Part shown: positions 39,649-53,010 of the stretch, in pieces
Position numbering within the stretch: the stretch's first letter is position 1
Layout of the letters: each line of letters begins with the position of its first letter
From: Eledone cirrhosa
Taxonomy: Eukaryota
Assembly: GCA_964016885.1 (NCBI GenBank)
Contig: OZ024742.1
Coordinates: 144,150,001 to 144,214,000 of the forward strand
DNA: 64,000 nt
Direction of reading: 5' to 3'
Translations under genes and position numbers: made by a program
Notes under the pieces: generated by a model
The model's database searches: none
Told to the model about the DNA's origin: nothing
Seen by the model: the letters and a program-made list of their open reading frames with translations, nothing else

Positions 39649-39867
39649 AGAAAATTATATGGATGCTCAACTCTCAACAGTTAGACTCATACAAATACAC
39701 ACTCAAAGCGGTATAACCCAAGTATTGTGCAAAGTCCAAATACACTTATTTCATCATCCACATCTGCGTCTCATGAGTTAGATAGGATGTCACTGCCTGA
39801 ATTAGTTCTTAGTCAGAGTTACTAGACTTCTAGATGAGAGGAAAGATCACATCTTGTTTGCATGTTC

Positions 39868-40122
39868 CATCCAGGCCGAAACAAATGAGGTCGTGTAGGT
39901 GTCACGACAAAAAAAAACACACAGTCCACGCTGTAATGTGGCCGTGTAGGTAATATGGTAAAAACCTCCCAGTTCCACACTGTAAATGTGGTTGGTGTTA
40001 GGAAGGGCATCCAGCCGTAGAAAACCCACCAGACAGTCCTATGCGAGCAAGACAACCACTCTTGCCTCAAGTGGGAAAACTCCCGTCCAAACCCATGCAA
40101 GCGTGGAATATGGACGTTAAAC

Positions 40123-40152
<30 letters not shown>
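39868..40152 (+). mobile_element. 3'-UTR fragment of the LINE family seen at 59097-60710
   Basis: Near-identical to the reverse complement of 59097-59368; ends GGACGTTAAAC(GAT)n; shorter copy at 55272-55378. Confidence 0.85.
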
Positions 40153-40155
<3 letters not shown>

Positions 40156-40648
40156 TATCAATATCAATTGTTTCTGGCTGGATGCCCTCTTTATACCAAC
40201 TACTTTTCAGAGTGTATTTGGTGCAGTCTTCTGCAAGGTTTCTTTCTGTTTTAGATAGTGTATAGTTTACGTAAAATTTGGGTTGTTGTTTCTAGTATAG
40301 AAGCAAGCTTGACTCAGTAGAAATTAGTAAATCCAGGTGGTGATCAGGTATATTTTTATTCCAGACAACCATGTGTGAAGTGAAGCAATGAAAGATTAAG
40401 TGTACTGCATAAATACACAATAAAACACCTGCAGTGAATTTACAAATGAGGGTCATTGATCTGGAAATCTCTCTCAAACATCAACAAATCATCAGCCCTG
40501 CTGATTTCCATGGATGAAGAGGAAAGGGTGCTGATAGTAGAGGAAACTATTTACCTAACACCATTGGTGGATACCAGCCAACTAGGGAACCTCTATATGA
40601 TCAATCAACTTGTTAAAAATAACAGCTAATATCTTCCTCAAATTATAC

Positions 40649-41146
40649 TTTAGCAGCATGGGGTATAAATGTTATTGAGACACGAGTAACATAATAATGA
40701 CGTCAACAGCAGATTTTAGAGATGAAATGTATGTTTATTTTTGTTGTAGCACAAATAATTGTTTCTACTTTAGGCACAAGGCCAGCAATTACCCAGTGCA
40801 TTACTGGTACTTTATTTTATCGACCCCGTAAGAATGAAAGGCAAAGTAGCACAAATAATGTTGGTTAACTTGTATGGTTGAAGTTACACATAAAAATGAG
40901 GTTACAAAAGGGAATGTACCATTGTGCCGGAAAGCCGGCAGGCTAAGGTGCAAAATCTCACCGTCACATGTACGTGTTGCTGGTTCGAAGTTCCTGGTGC
41001 GAGAGAGAGATTCTTCAAATCTTCGCGGGTAATTTCTCCCTCAGGACGCGTAGGGATACATCCTCTTCTACTGGCACTGATTGGCTGAACTGAGCCAAAT
41101 CACGCACAGAGAATGTATGTGAGCCCGCGGAATGTAGGTCACTACA
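40649..41146 (-). mobile_element. Probable solo LTR interrupted by a truncated SINE-B
   Basis: Minus strand starts TGTAGTG and ends CTGCTAAA (degenerate ..CTACA); CCAAT box; AATAAA ~85 nt from the end; CpG-rich relative to flanks; imperfect 4-bp TSD ATAC/ATAT. Confidence 0.5.
40756..40847 (-). mobile_element. 5'-truncated SINE-B
   Basis: TSD GTAGCACAAATAAT at 40746-40759 / 40846-40859. Confidence 0.88.
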
Positions 41147-41797
41147 ATATCTTAAAGCTTTGAAAAATATGACACACTGGATGATGTAGTGTTAGGTAAG
41201 GTATATTAGGAACCCATGACATGATTGGAAGTCCAACACCCTTACCACTAGACCCTGCACCTCCACTACTGCATTCTTAGTGACTGAATAAATACTATGA
41301 GGTTTGAATTCATTTTTTTTGTTTTTTTTTGTTTTCTCAATAAGCTGTGCATATTATACACACAGACACACAGATATATATTCATGATGGGTTTCTGGAT
41401 AGTTTGATATTTATTTCTCAGGATATTGGTCAATCAGAGGCTATAGTAAAAGATATTAGTTCAAAGTACTATGTTATGAGATTGAAACCTGATACCATGT
41501 GCTAACAGAGCAAACCTTTTTAGCACAATGTTTTAATGTAGCAATAAAATGCACCCAGCCCATACTTTCATGGTAGTGTTGGTGCTGCGGAAAAAGTATC
41601 CAGTTCACACCATCAAGTGGTAGTGGTGGTGCCAGGAGAAAACAAACCCGGTACATGCCATGAACTGGTTGACATTAGGGAGGGCATCCAGCCATAGAAA
41701 CGATGCTAAAATGGAATGTATGAGCAAGACAGAGTTGTCTGACCTGTCTGCCTAGTCTCAGAGCATGACAGGCCATCTAACTCATGCAAATAGATGT

Positions 41798-41847
41798 TTT
41801 CTAATGTCCAAAAGAAAAAAAGATTTTTTTCTTTTGGACATTAGAAA
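41798..41847. repeat. Perfect 24-bp-arm hairpin
   Basis: TTTCTAATGTCCAAAAGAAAAAAA-GA-TTTTTTTCTTTTGGACATTAGAAA. Confidence 0.9.
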
Positions 41848-42262
41848 GATGAAAGACATAGTCCTATATCTGTGGTAGTATTTGAACTCAGAACATAAAA
41901 GGGTCTAAGTAAACACTACAAGGCACTTACTTTCTCTGGCAAACTACCAATTCTAATATTATCCACAGTGCTCATTCAATGCTCTAAATCATATTAATAA
42001 TTCCATGATAGTGAACTGAAGCAAATAGATATGGCCTGGATTCCAATTTTGAATCCTGCAGTTGTATTGTGCTTACTAGTCATACTCCACTAAGAAGACT
42101 TTGGAAGCAGCATCAACTCCATAACTTCCCAGTAACCATTCCCTTGTTTTGAAGCTTCATGATGAGTTAAGCAAATAGAATTCTCACTGGTACTCACACA
42201 TTAATCCCCCACCCCACTACCTCCACCACCACCACAACAACAACAACAACCATCTCCTCCAC

Positions 42263-42303
<41 letters not shown>

Positions 42304-42520
42304 GTGAAGCACCTGCAGAATTTTGAATGGTCCAAGTATTTCTGAAGATGACAGGAGAACAAAGTTGTGAAGATAAATTTTTTGGCAAATTGCCCTGAAA
42401 TAGTGAAGAATCAAGTGAAACTATTCCAATGGAAATGGAGAGAAGGAGGAAGACAAGTAAAAAATATGGCATTACAAGATCCAGATGTAATCTTTTAAGA
42501 TATGGTGAAATGTTGGTGTA

Positions 42521-42590
<70 letters not shown>

Positions 42591-42944
42591 ATATATATGA
42601 GAATATAAAAAGAAAATAAGATAGAGAGGTTTATTATGTGTCAGTGTATGGGGAGAGTTATATATGAGTGTGTAGACAGAATTATAAGGAGAAATAGTTA
42701 ATGTACGAATGAATGCATGTGTATAATAGCATGAGAGTGTGTTAATAAGTAAAGAGAAAGAGGGATTTATTATTTGTATACCCATGTGTGTGTGTGTGTG
42801 TATGGGTGTCTGTACACGGGCTTGTGTGACTCTCTGAGTTTAGGCTTGTGAGTGTGTTTCAAAGAATGATTTTAAAGGAATATAACCACACACAAACTGC
42901 ATCTATCTGTGCATTGAGTATTTTTCCTTATTTTACAACAGAAT

Positions 42945-43265
42945 TATCATCATCTTCACCATTTTTACGTCCATTTTTCCATGCTTGCATGGGTTGGACA
43001 GGTGCACAGCATCTCTCCACACATCTCGTTCCTTCGTCATCTCCTCAGTGAGACTCAGTGATTTGAGATCAACACTTTCACCACCTCTGCTCAGGTCTTC
43101 CTTGGTCTACCTCTACTGTGGCTTCCTTCCACTGGAATTTCCTGGAACTAGCAATCATTATCCATACATATCACTTTCCCATACCAACACAGTCTTCTTG
43201 TACACCACTTCTAAGTCCTCTTAAACCTAGTTTCTCCCTCAGTTCATCCAAGCTCTGCCATTCTC
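42945..43265 (-). mobile_element. Old RTE LINE 3' fragment
   Basis: Reverse complement aligns by eye to ~10735-11045 (GRPRK-type and TEEMTK regions, GGACGTAAAAATG tail). Confidence 0.75.
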
Positions 43266-43545
43266 TCACTGTTGTTGCTGCCCAATGTTCCATGTGGAAT
43301 GGAAGGGCCTAACTAACTTATTAATAACTGCTTTACTTATTTCCAGGGATTGTTTTGAAAAGTAAACCTCATTTGCTCATTCTGTGGGAGCATCTTGGTC
43401 ATCCTTTGAACTTTGCAGCTAAGCCTCATAATGGACATTTTCCTCCCCTCCAGAATTGCTGGCCTTAAGAAGCCATTGTTCTCACAGATAAACTTCAGTC
43501 TGTTATAAAGATGATAGAACAATGATTTATCTTTATAAATAATAT

Positions 43546-43722
43546 ACTGTAAATGAGGTTGGTGTTAGAAAGAGCATCCAGCTGTAGGAATCAAGCCAGA
43601 ATCAGTTCCCATATGAGCAAGGCATGGTCAGCCGACCGGCTACTGCCCACAACAGGACAACCCGTGTTAACCCATGCTAGCGTGGAAAAACGGACGTAAA
43701 ATGGTGATGATGATGATGATGA
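43546..43722 (+). mobile_element. SINE-A long-tail variant, 3' part
   Basis: Matches ~20939-21114. Confidence 0.85.
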
Positions 43723-43824
43723 TACTGATGAAGATATTTTAATATTTTATCTAAAATGTGATATAGAATTACATGTGTGTATATGTATATGTAGTTTAAG
43801 TGGGTATGCATGAATGTAGAGAGA

Positions 43825-43999
43825 TAATTGTTTCTACTTTAGGCACAAGGCCAGCAATTACACAGTGTATTACTGGTACTTTATTTTATCTACCCTATAA
43901 GGATGAAAGGCAAAGTTAACCTCGGCGGGATTTGAACTCAGATCGTAAAGGGACGTAACTACGCTGGAAAGCATGCCTAACCCTCTACCAATACTGCCA
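43825..43999 (-). mobile_element. SINE family B
   Basis: Reverse-complement match to 39294-39481. Confidence 0.85.
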
Positions 44000-44187
44000 A
44001 ATGAGGACATATGATTGAGAGAGGGGGTGGGGTGGAAATGGTGGATGTGTAGTGTTAGAGAAAATAAATGAGTTAGAATAAGAGACAGACGTGACACTGA
44101 AAAGGTGTATGTATATGTGTGTGAGTATGCACTAGCCTACGTGCCCCTGTGTGAGTGAGTGTATGTATATGTGTGCATGTGCACTTG

Positions 44188-44189
<2 letters not shown>

Positions 44190-44246
<57 letters not shown>

Positions 44247-44513
44247 CTATGGTGTGAAAAGGACAGGATTCAGTGTCCAGGCTAAAATGAGTTATCTCTG
44301 ATAAGAAACAATTTATAATGTGTGGATTATATGGCTTCATAGGACCTCATGCTGGGGGTGGGGATGAAAGAAATAGAAATGGGTGTAGAGAGAGAAGAGT
44401 GTAGAGGGAAAGTAAGTTGAGTGTGTGTGAGAGAGAGAGAGTGTGTGAATATGTGTGCGTGTGTGAGAGAGATTGAGAGAGAGAGAGAGAGTCAGAGAGA
44501 GAGAGACAGACAG

Positions 44514-44603
<90 letters not shown>

Positions 44604-44620
44604 GAGATAGATAGATAGAG
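44190..44620. repeat. (TG)n and (GA)n microsatellites
   Basis: Direct observation. Confidence 0.9.
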
Positions 44621-45299
44621 AGTGAGAACAAACCAGAAACAAGGAGGAGTACTGTTGATCTTTTCAAAACTGTTGTTTTATCTTTGAGAAAGATATATAT
44701 TAACTGGGTGTTTAAGGATTTAACATATTAAATATCTCAGGGAATAAATGGTATGTTGCAGAAGGTAGTACTATTACGTTACCATGACAACCTTGGTCAT
44801 CACAATGGCAACACCATTATCACTACCATCACCATTGTTTCTTTATAATTGTTTCCCCGGTAGCAGCAACAGCACAGTGGTGTTGTAACAACACCAAATT
44901 AACATCACCACTGCCACAAGCCAATGACTTACTAGAAATAGCAGCTAAATTTCTCTCAAATCATACATTATCATCTTTAAACAAACAAGGACATATTGTG
45001 CATATCTTTGTCTTCTTCCTGGTGAAGTACAATTTGAGAAAGATTTAGCAGTTATTTTTAGCAGGTCAAGTAATCTCAGAGGTTACCATTTGGTCAATGG
45101 AACTAGTATTTGGGGAAACAGCCATGTCTTACAGACATACAGAAGAAAATGTTTTGATGAAACTATGTTTAGACAAATAAATCAAAGGCAAGAATTAGTT
45201 GAAATTTGGAACCAATGCTGTTTACATTGGTTTGGCTTCAACTTTTCCTTAACCTTCTTTTCATTGGCATGTTTATCAGGGATTCAACAATATACACGG

Positions 45300-45375
45300 A
45301 TATGTATGTATGTATGTGTGTATGTATGTATTTATGTATGTATGTATGTGTGTGTATGTATGCAGACACACACAC

Positions 45376-45406
<31 letters not shown>

Positions 45407-45571
45407 TGTATGTATGTATGTGTGAATGAATGTGTGTGCATGTGTATGTATGCAGACACACACACACACATGTATGTATGTATGTATGTATGTATGTATG
45501 TATGTATGTATGTATGTATGTATGCATGAATGTGTGTGCATGTGTATGTATGCAGATACACACACACACAC

Positions 45572-45602
<31 letters not shown>

Positions 45603-45731
45603 TGTATGTATGTGTGTGCATGTGTATGTATGCAGACACACACACACACGTATGTATGTATGTATGTATGTATGTATGTATGTATGTATGTATGAATGTG
45701 TGTGTATGTATGCAGACACACACACACACAC

Positions 45732-45762
<31 letters not shown>

Positions 45763-45879
45763 TGTATGTATGTATGTATGTATGTATGAATGTGTGTGTA
45801 TGTATGCAGACACACACACACACACATATGTATGTATGTATGTATGTATGAATGTGTGTGTATGTATGCAGACACACAC

Positions 45880-45910
<31 letters not shown>

Positions 45911-46103
45911 TGTATGTATGTATGTATGTATGTATGTGTGTGCATGTGTATGTATGCAGACACACACACATACACACATATGTATGTATGTATGTATGTA
46001 TGTATATATGTATATGTATGTATATATATATATATGTATATGAATGTGTGTGTGAATGTGTATATGTGTGTGAATGTGTATATGGTGTATATATGTATGT
46101 AAA

Positions 46104-46140
<37 letters not shown>
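45300..46140. repeat. Higher-order compound satellite [(TATG)n-AATGTGTG-TATGCAGA(CA)n]
   Basis: About 8-9 macro-units with a variable (TATG)n count. Confidence 0.93.
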
Positions 46141-46559
46141 GCTAACAACATACATATGTATGTTTAATAAGAAATGAAATTAAAAGAATGTGAAATGAAA
46201 ACAGAAAATTTAGATTTCATTTCATTTTTTTTTTTGTCTTCCATTTTTTTTTTATTTTCAGGAAATGTTAAAAAGATTCTTTTGGAAAACATGGACAGTG
46301 GACATTTAATAAACACGTAGAACTGAACACACAAACAACTATAGAGAAAGAAGAGCTTGGTGAAGAAATAACACCAGGAGCAAAACTTTTTAATTACAAT
46401 TACAGTTTTAATTTTTGTTTTGCTTATGTGTGTATATCCAAAATCTCTTACTCAAACGCTTATGTTTATTATTGTGCATATGTGTGTAGGCACACACACA
46501 CACAGACATGTGTGTGTGTATAATATATATATACATACACACACAGACATGTGTGTGTG

Positions 46560-46636
<77 letters not shown>

Positions 46637-46814
46637 CACACACATGAAAATCTGGTACTCGCATTTAAACATATACTTATGCACACACACACAGACTGAC
46701 GTGTGTGTTTACTTAAAGACAATAACACATACACACACACACACATATATATATATGTGTGTATGTATGTATACATGAAAATGTGTGGTACTCACACTCA
46801 AAGATATTCTAATG

Positions 46815-47225
46815 CACACAGAAACATATGTGCATACATACCCACAAACGTTTATGTATATTGGTGTGTGTATGTATGTGTATGTAGGCACACACACAGA
46901 CATGTGTGCGTTTATTTACACACATTCACACAGAAACATATGTGCATACATACCCACAAACGTTTATGTATATTGGTGTGTGTATGTATGTGTATGTAGG
47001 CACACACACAGACATGTGTGCGTTTATTTACACACATTCACACAGAAACATATGTGCATACATACCCACAAACGTTTATGTATATTGGTGTGTGTATGTA
47101 TGTGTATGTAGGCACACACACAGACATGTGTGCGTTTATTTACACACATTCACACAGAAACATATGTGCACATACACACACAAACGTTTATGTATATTGG
47201 TGTGTGTATGTGTATGCAGGCACAT
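46815..47225. repeat. 112-bp tandem repeat (~3.6 units)
   Basis: CACACAGAAACATATGTGCATACATACCCACAAACGTTTATG... recurs; identical ORF starts 112 bp apart. Confidence 0.93.
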
Positions 47226-47277
47226 AGGCACATAGTGTGTGTTTACTTACATTCCCACATGTGTGTTTGTGTGTGTG

Positions 47278-47310
<33 letters not shown>

Positions 47311-50019
47311 ATTTAAAAGGTAAACAGAAATAACAACACAATCGGTATAGTATATGGATACACACACACACACACACACACACACACGAAAACATGTGGC
47401 ACTTACACTCAAACTTATGAACACAGAAACATATGTGCGTGTACATACACACACATACATACATATACATATATGCTAACAGACACAGAACTGTATTTAA
47501 AATTGTAAATACAACTGATATCAGAACATACACATTTGAACAACACATCTGCATTGTGACATGTATACACATACATACATACATACATACATACATACAT
47601 ACATACATACATACACGTATGTGTATGTATGTGCAAAACAAAATTTGAAATTGTAATTATAACACATTTAGATGACATGAGAACAATAAATAGACAGAGA
47701 TACACATACATTAACAAAGAGGTTTGTGTAATTACGTGCTATTTATACATGTATGAATACATACACACACACACACACACACACATACATACATACACAC
47801 ACACGCACATACACACATACAAAACCAAATATAAAAACTAGTTGGATCTTTCTGTCTCTTTTTTTCACACACATACCTACACACATATACATACACCCGA
47901 TCACACATATACATACACCCAACCACACATACAAAACCGAATATAAAAGCTAGTTGGATCTCTGTCTCTTTTTCACACACACATATATATACAAACACCC
48001 ACACTGACATATACACATGCACACATACATACACCCAGCTACACACACACACACACACACACACCCAGCCACACACACATACACCCAGCTACACACACAT
48101 ATTCACATGTGCTATTCATTATATATCTGATTGTGCAAAGTATAGTTAATGATTTTTCAAGTTCATTAGTGTACAAGCTGTTAATTACTCACTGTAGAGA
48201 GCAGAACTAATACATATTTGAACAACACATTTTCAACACTTCAGCCAACAGGAAAGCTTCTAAGTGGACAATCGCTGTGCTTGAATTAGCAACCAAATAT
48301 CCAACAAATTCAAACTTTGTCTTAAAAAAAGGAAAGGCAATGTATAAAAAAAACAGGGTGGTCATGATTAGAATGTCTTTGATAAAAAGGTTTACATGAT
48401 CAGAAGAGATTTGGGTGTAAACAACATCAAAAACCTTATCAACTCTTTAAATTTGAAGTAGAAAATAATATTCTTGGCATCTATTATCTATATAAATTGA
48501 AACCAAGAACCACCATGTTGCCCATTCTAGAAAATACTAGATCAAAGGGGAATTGGTATATTTAACTCCAAAGGTTTACTACTACTGCCGCCACCACCAC
48601 CACTACCACTACTACTACTACCACTTTTAACACCAGGCAGATTGTTGAAAGCTCAAACCCTAAGTTTGACTTTGCCTTCATTCTTCATAGATAAATATTT
48701 GTTAACACCAGTCTCATACTGGATTCAATATAAGTACATATACCAAGCATGGGCAATCTTTTTCTAGCAGTGAGCTATATATGACGTGGCTCATCATAAG
48801 GTGGGCTGCATTACAAAAGAATTCAAGGTAATTTTGAAATTAGGCATGCCATTCAGAAAGCCAAATGGGTGGGCCGTTGTTTACCCATGACTGACCTTCC
48901 ATATATATGAGGTTGCCTTGTATCTGGCAACATAAAGAAGTCCTCAGTGCTCTCCCTTTTCTCAATTTGTTTCAGACATCCTGAACAACAGGCTGAACAA
49001 AAGAGAACAATAATGGAAGGATCAGGTAGAGGAGAGATCAATGAGTTTTGTGGTTAATGTACTCTAAAAAATGGACCAGTTTATTTTAGCATGCATTAAG
49101 CATGGAACTCCAGGCCGTTGAGACACTGGTATAGCTTAGCAGCCATAATAATCTATACAACACTTTACCAATGTATTGACTTATATTTCTCCTGCTATAT
49201 ACGCTGGTCTTGCCCCTCCCCCACCTTTTTTTTTTACATTCATGTAACAATACTACAATATGAATCTCTCTTATTGCCCTCTCACTCTTTTTCTCCACAA
49301 TCTATCTCACCCTCTGTCTTTATCTCTTCTTCTAACTCTCAACTTTGAGCCAGTCGATAAAATATGTTGTAGTTGTATTTTAGAAAAATAGTAAAATAGA
49401 GGAGAGTACCAAATGTATAGACACTTTGATGTTCTTAGCTGGAAAACATTATTGTTCACAAAGACGCTTGCTTTCACAGATATTCAGACACTCAATACAC
49501 ACACATATATATATATATATATAGTTGCAGTTAACATATACATAGTCATACCCATACATACCACATATAGTATATACAAACACACTGACACATAGAGTCA
49601 CATGCACACTCACAGAAACACACACGCAATTGTGCAAACAGATATGCACATTTATGAAAATAATAATCTATAATGACAATAGTATTTTCTAATGACTTTG
49701 AGAAGGTGCATGAATGCATTATTATGGTGTAACAATACTAACTGCAAAATGTGCAATAACAATGATGTCACACTGGTGAAATTAAAATTAGTACTTTTCG
49801 AATCTCCAAAGAGACATACTTTAGAATTATTACACATTAATAATTTTATATTTCATTTCAATGACCAACAGGGTAACAGACAAATAGCAAAGATATAGTT
49901 GTGTGGTTTAGAGGTTTGCCATATTACTCTGTGGCACTTGGTTCAATTTCTTTCTACAGCAGATTATTTCAGGTTGATCAATGCCATGAGGTGAAGTTTA
50001 ATACAAATGATATATCATT

Positions 50020-50317
50020 ATCACCATCATCATTTCATTTTACGTCCGCTTTTCCCTGCTTGCAAGAGTGGGACGGGAACTGATCTGGCTTGATTTCTAC
50101 AACTGAATGCCTTTCCTAACACCAACCTCATTTACAGTGAGTGCTGGGTGCTTTTTTTGCCGTGGCACCTACATGACCACTTTGCAGTGGAGTAAACTGA
50201 AGCAATGTGAAATAAAGTTTCTTGCTCAAGGAAACAACACATCACCCGGTCTGAGAATTGAACCCACAACCTTTCGATTGCAAGGCCAATGTTCTAACCA
50301 CTAATCCATGTGCCTCC
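50020..50317 (-). mobile_element. SINE family A with an internal deletion
   Basis: Head and tail match; ~40 bp of the middle is missing. Confidence 0.88.
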
Positions 50318-50599
50318 ATTATATATCCCTTTAACATTTACATTACTCTACATCTAATAACTGCATGTACACATGTACACACATGTACAGATACAAAGCA
50401 TATGCACACATATAACTCAAAACACACATACATTAACATCCATACCTGCACACACATGCATCTACCTAGTTGACGTTGTTTAAATTCCAATAAGAGAGTC
50501 TTGTGTCTATGTTTGAAACCGACTATCTCTCTATTGATAAAAATTTATAAATTATAAAACCATAAGAACATAAATTATAAAACCATACATACATTGAGA

Positions 50600-50993
50600 T
50601 AAATGGCACTAAGGAATACTGGTGGAACCTGAAAATAAAAACTGCTACCAAATTAAAGCACAATCGGCCTGATATTGTTGTTTGGGACCACACATTGAAA
50701 ACGTGCTCTGTTGTAGAGATCAGCTACCCACTTGATGTTAACGTTGTAAGAAAAATACAAGAGAAGGAGGACATCTATGGACCATTGATGAGGAGTTTGC
50801 AGATCCAGTATCCTTCAGCTTTATACTCATTATTATTAGAGCTACAGGTTATATACCAACCCTCTTGGACCAAAGTATAACTGAACTTGGATTTGTGGAC
50901 AAAGAGCGCAACTCCTTACATCATAGACTACAAATGGCCTCAATATCTGGCACCTTCAAAATTTGCAGAATATTCTTGAGATTCAAGAGATGA
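50600..50993 (+). pseudogene. Restriction-like endonuclease (RLE) C-terminus of an R4/Dong/NeSL-type non-LTR retrotransposon, frameshifted
   Basis: From 50611: KEYWWNLKIKTATKLKHNRPDIVVWD..CSVVEISYPLDVNVVRKIQEKEDIYGPL, then a shifted frame FILIIIRATGYIP...LQMASISGTFKICRIFLRFKR*; PD-(D/E)xK-type motif spacing. Confidence 0.8.
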
Positions 50994-51559
50994 CAATTTC
51001 TTTTCTTTTACAACCTTGCCACCAGGAAGGTGGCCAGTCAAAAATGTACTCAAAATTAAGAGAAAGAGAATAATATACACACATATACACACACATACAT
51101 AGACATTGAAATGTGAAAACTAACTAACTAGCTAATTAGAAAGCTAAGAATTCCCTGATTACATTATAAAGTTAGTGAAATGTATACAGCAGAAGAAAAA
51201 GTGATAGTAAAATAATATTAGTGCTTTACAAGTTTACTGCCAAGAAAAGCAATTTTTATAATTATATATTGAAACCAAATCATCTAATATATTAAATCAT
51301 GTTCAGAAATAGAATAAGGATATGACAAGTAGAGACCTGGACTTTACATTAACCTGTTAACTAGAGAAGATATTTCAGTAGTAATTTAGCCTTGAGGTCA
51401 ACTTTACCTTTCATCCTTTCAAGGTTGATAAAAAAAAAGTACCAGTCTAGTGCTAGGGTCGATTTTTCATCTATGTCTCTTTCTTACTTCCTCTCTCTCA
51501 CTTTCTATCCTTCTCTGTAAGAAATCTGATCTGCTGTGTTCAGACCTGGAGTTGGATGG

Positions 51560-51990
51560 GCATTTACACTGGTCATATCCAGCCAGAATTCTGTCACCTC
51601 TTTCTGTTCAAACCGGCTGTAATTAGCTGCTCATACAATATTAACCCTTTAGCATTTACAATACTCTATATATACGATTATATTTTCACAGTAAAGGCTT
51701 TACCTCACATAATTATCTCACATAATATCGAATCTATGAGATTGTGATATTATTTAGTTTGAGAACAATACCTTAACATCAGTATGAGCAGCAGTTACAG
51801 CCGGTTTGAATAGAAAGAGGTGAGAGAATTCTGGCCGGGTATGGCCAGTTTAAATGCTAAAGAGTTAAGGTATTGTTCTCAAAACAAATGATATGGACAT
51901 CTCATATATTTGATATTATGTGAGATAATTATGGGAGATAAAGCCTTTACCACGAATATACAATAGTAAATATAAATGCTAAAGGGTTAA
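51560..51990 (-). mobile_element. MITE family 1 (older outer copy) split by a nested copy
   Basis: 51560-51644 and 51865-51990 join into a contiguous copy oriented like 30544-30740. Confidence 0.78.
51641..51868 (+). mobile_element. MITE family 1 (inner copy)
   Basis: TTAA-CCCTTTAGCATTTA ... TAAATGCTAAAGAG-TTAA. Confidence 0.88.
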
Positions 51991-52456
51991 AATGCCCAAG
52001 AAACATTGTATGCTACTATGGTGCCCCTACAAATCCATCAGGAGTTACGAGATCATACCATAGTTAAGATTGAACAGATGGTGTAAACTATGAATTGGAT
52101 AGCTGAAAACATGCACTAGTATTGTAAATTTGGATCTTGAATTAATATTTGTTCCTTACACATACCATCTACCTTTGGAATAGCAGCTGGTTGACGACTG
52201 CCATGTCAGATATCTCCAATCATCAATTATATGGTGTTAAAATAAAAGTATGATTCTTTTGTTGATAGAATATTAGATAGAACATACTTGATGTTACAAA
52301 TGTGTTTACTGTGAAATATTACATTTTCAGTAATTAAGAAAGGCCAGATGTTCTCCAAAATATGAAAGAGAACAATTTCCTATGCAACAAATGAGACTAT
52401 CTTCTTGAAAACGATTGTTGTTGTTGGCATAGAGATTTTCCATAATAGCTGATGGA

Positions 52457-52719
52457 TTAACCCTTTAGGTACCAAACTACTCGAAACAACCCCTAGTTAT
52501 ATTATACAAATCTGTTCTTTTGAAGTTTTTACATTTATCTAAAAACCTTGCACCATATTTTCATGGAAGAACCTTTGTTAAGTTATGTTCTAAACATCAA
52601 TTAAATAATGACAAAGTTAGTTTTATTACTAAATCCCTCTAAAAAATTGATAATTTTCTTAACTATTTAAAAACCCTAGGCAGTGTCTTTCATTAGAAAT
52701 AGGGTAACAAAAGAGTCAA
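52457..52719 (+). mobile_element. TTAA-CCC MITE family 2
   Basis: TTAACCCTTT start; interior similar to 39182-39648 without the SINE. Confidence 0.6.
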
Positions 52720-52769
52720 AGTAGGTTGACTGGCAAATGGGAAAGTAATTAGGAGGAAAACTGCTATTG

Positions 52770-53010
52770 AGACAGAATTGATCAACAAGATCTCATTTGT
52801 TGGGTGGAACTCATCAAATCAGACCAACGAAAATGTTTCCATTCGTCTTTCCATTGCTAATACTATCTACCGGTTACAACTGCTAACAGAAACAGCAATG
52901 TGAAATAAAGGGTCTTGCTTGAGGACATAAAGCATCGCCCAGTCTGGGGATTGAACTTGCCACTTCAAGATTGTGAGTCCTACTCAATAACCACACAGCC
53001 ATATGCCTTC
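52770..53010 (-). mobile_element. Old CORE-type SINE
   Basis: GCAATGTGAAATAAAG..TCTTGC, ATTGAACT, GCCATATGCCTTC head; the 3' part matches the 53929-54170 copy. Confidence 0.65.
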
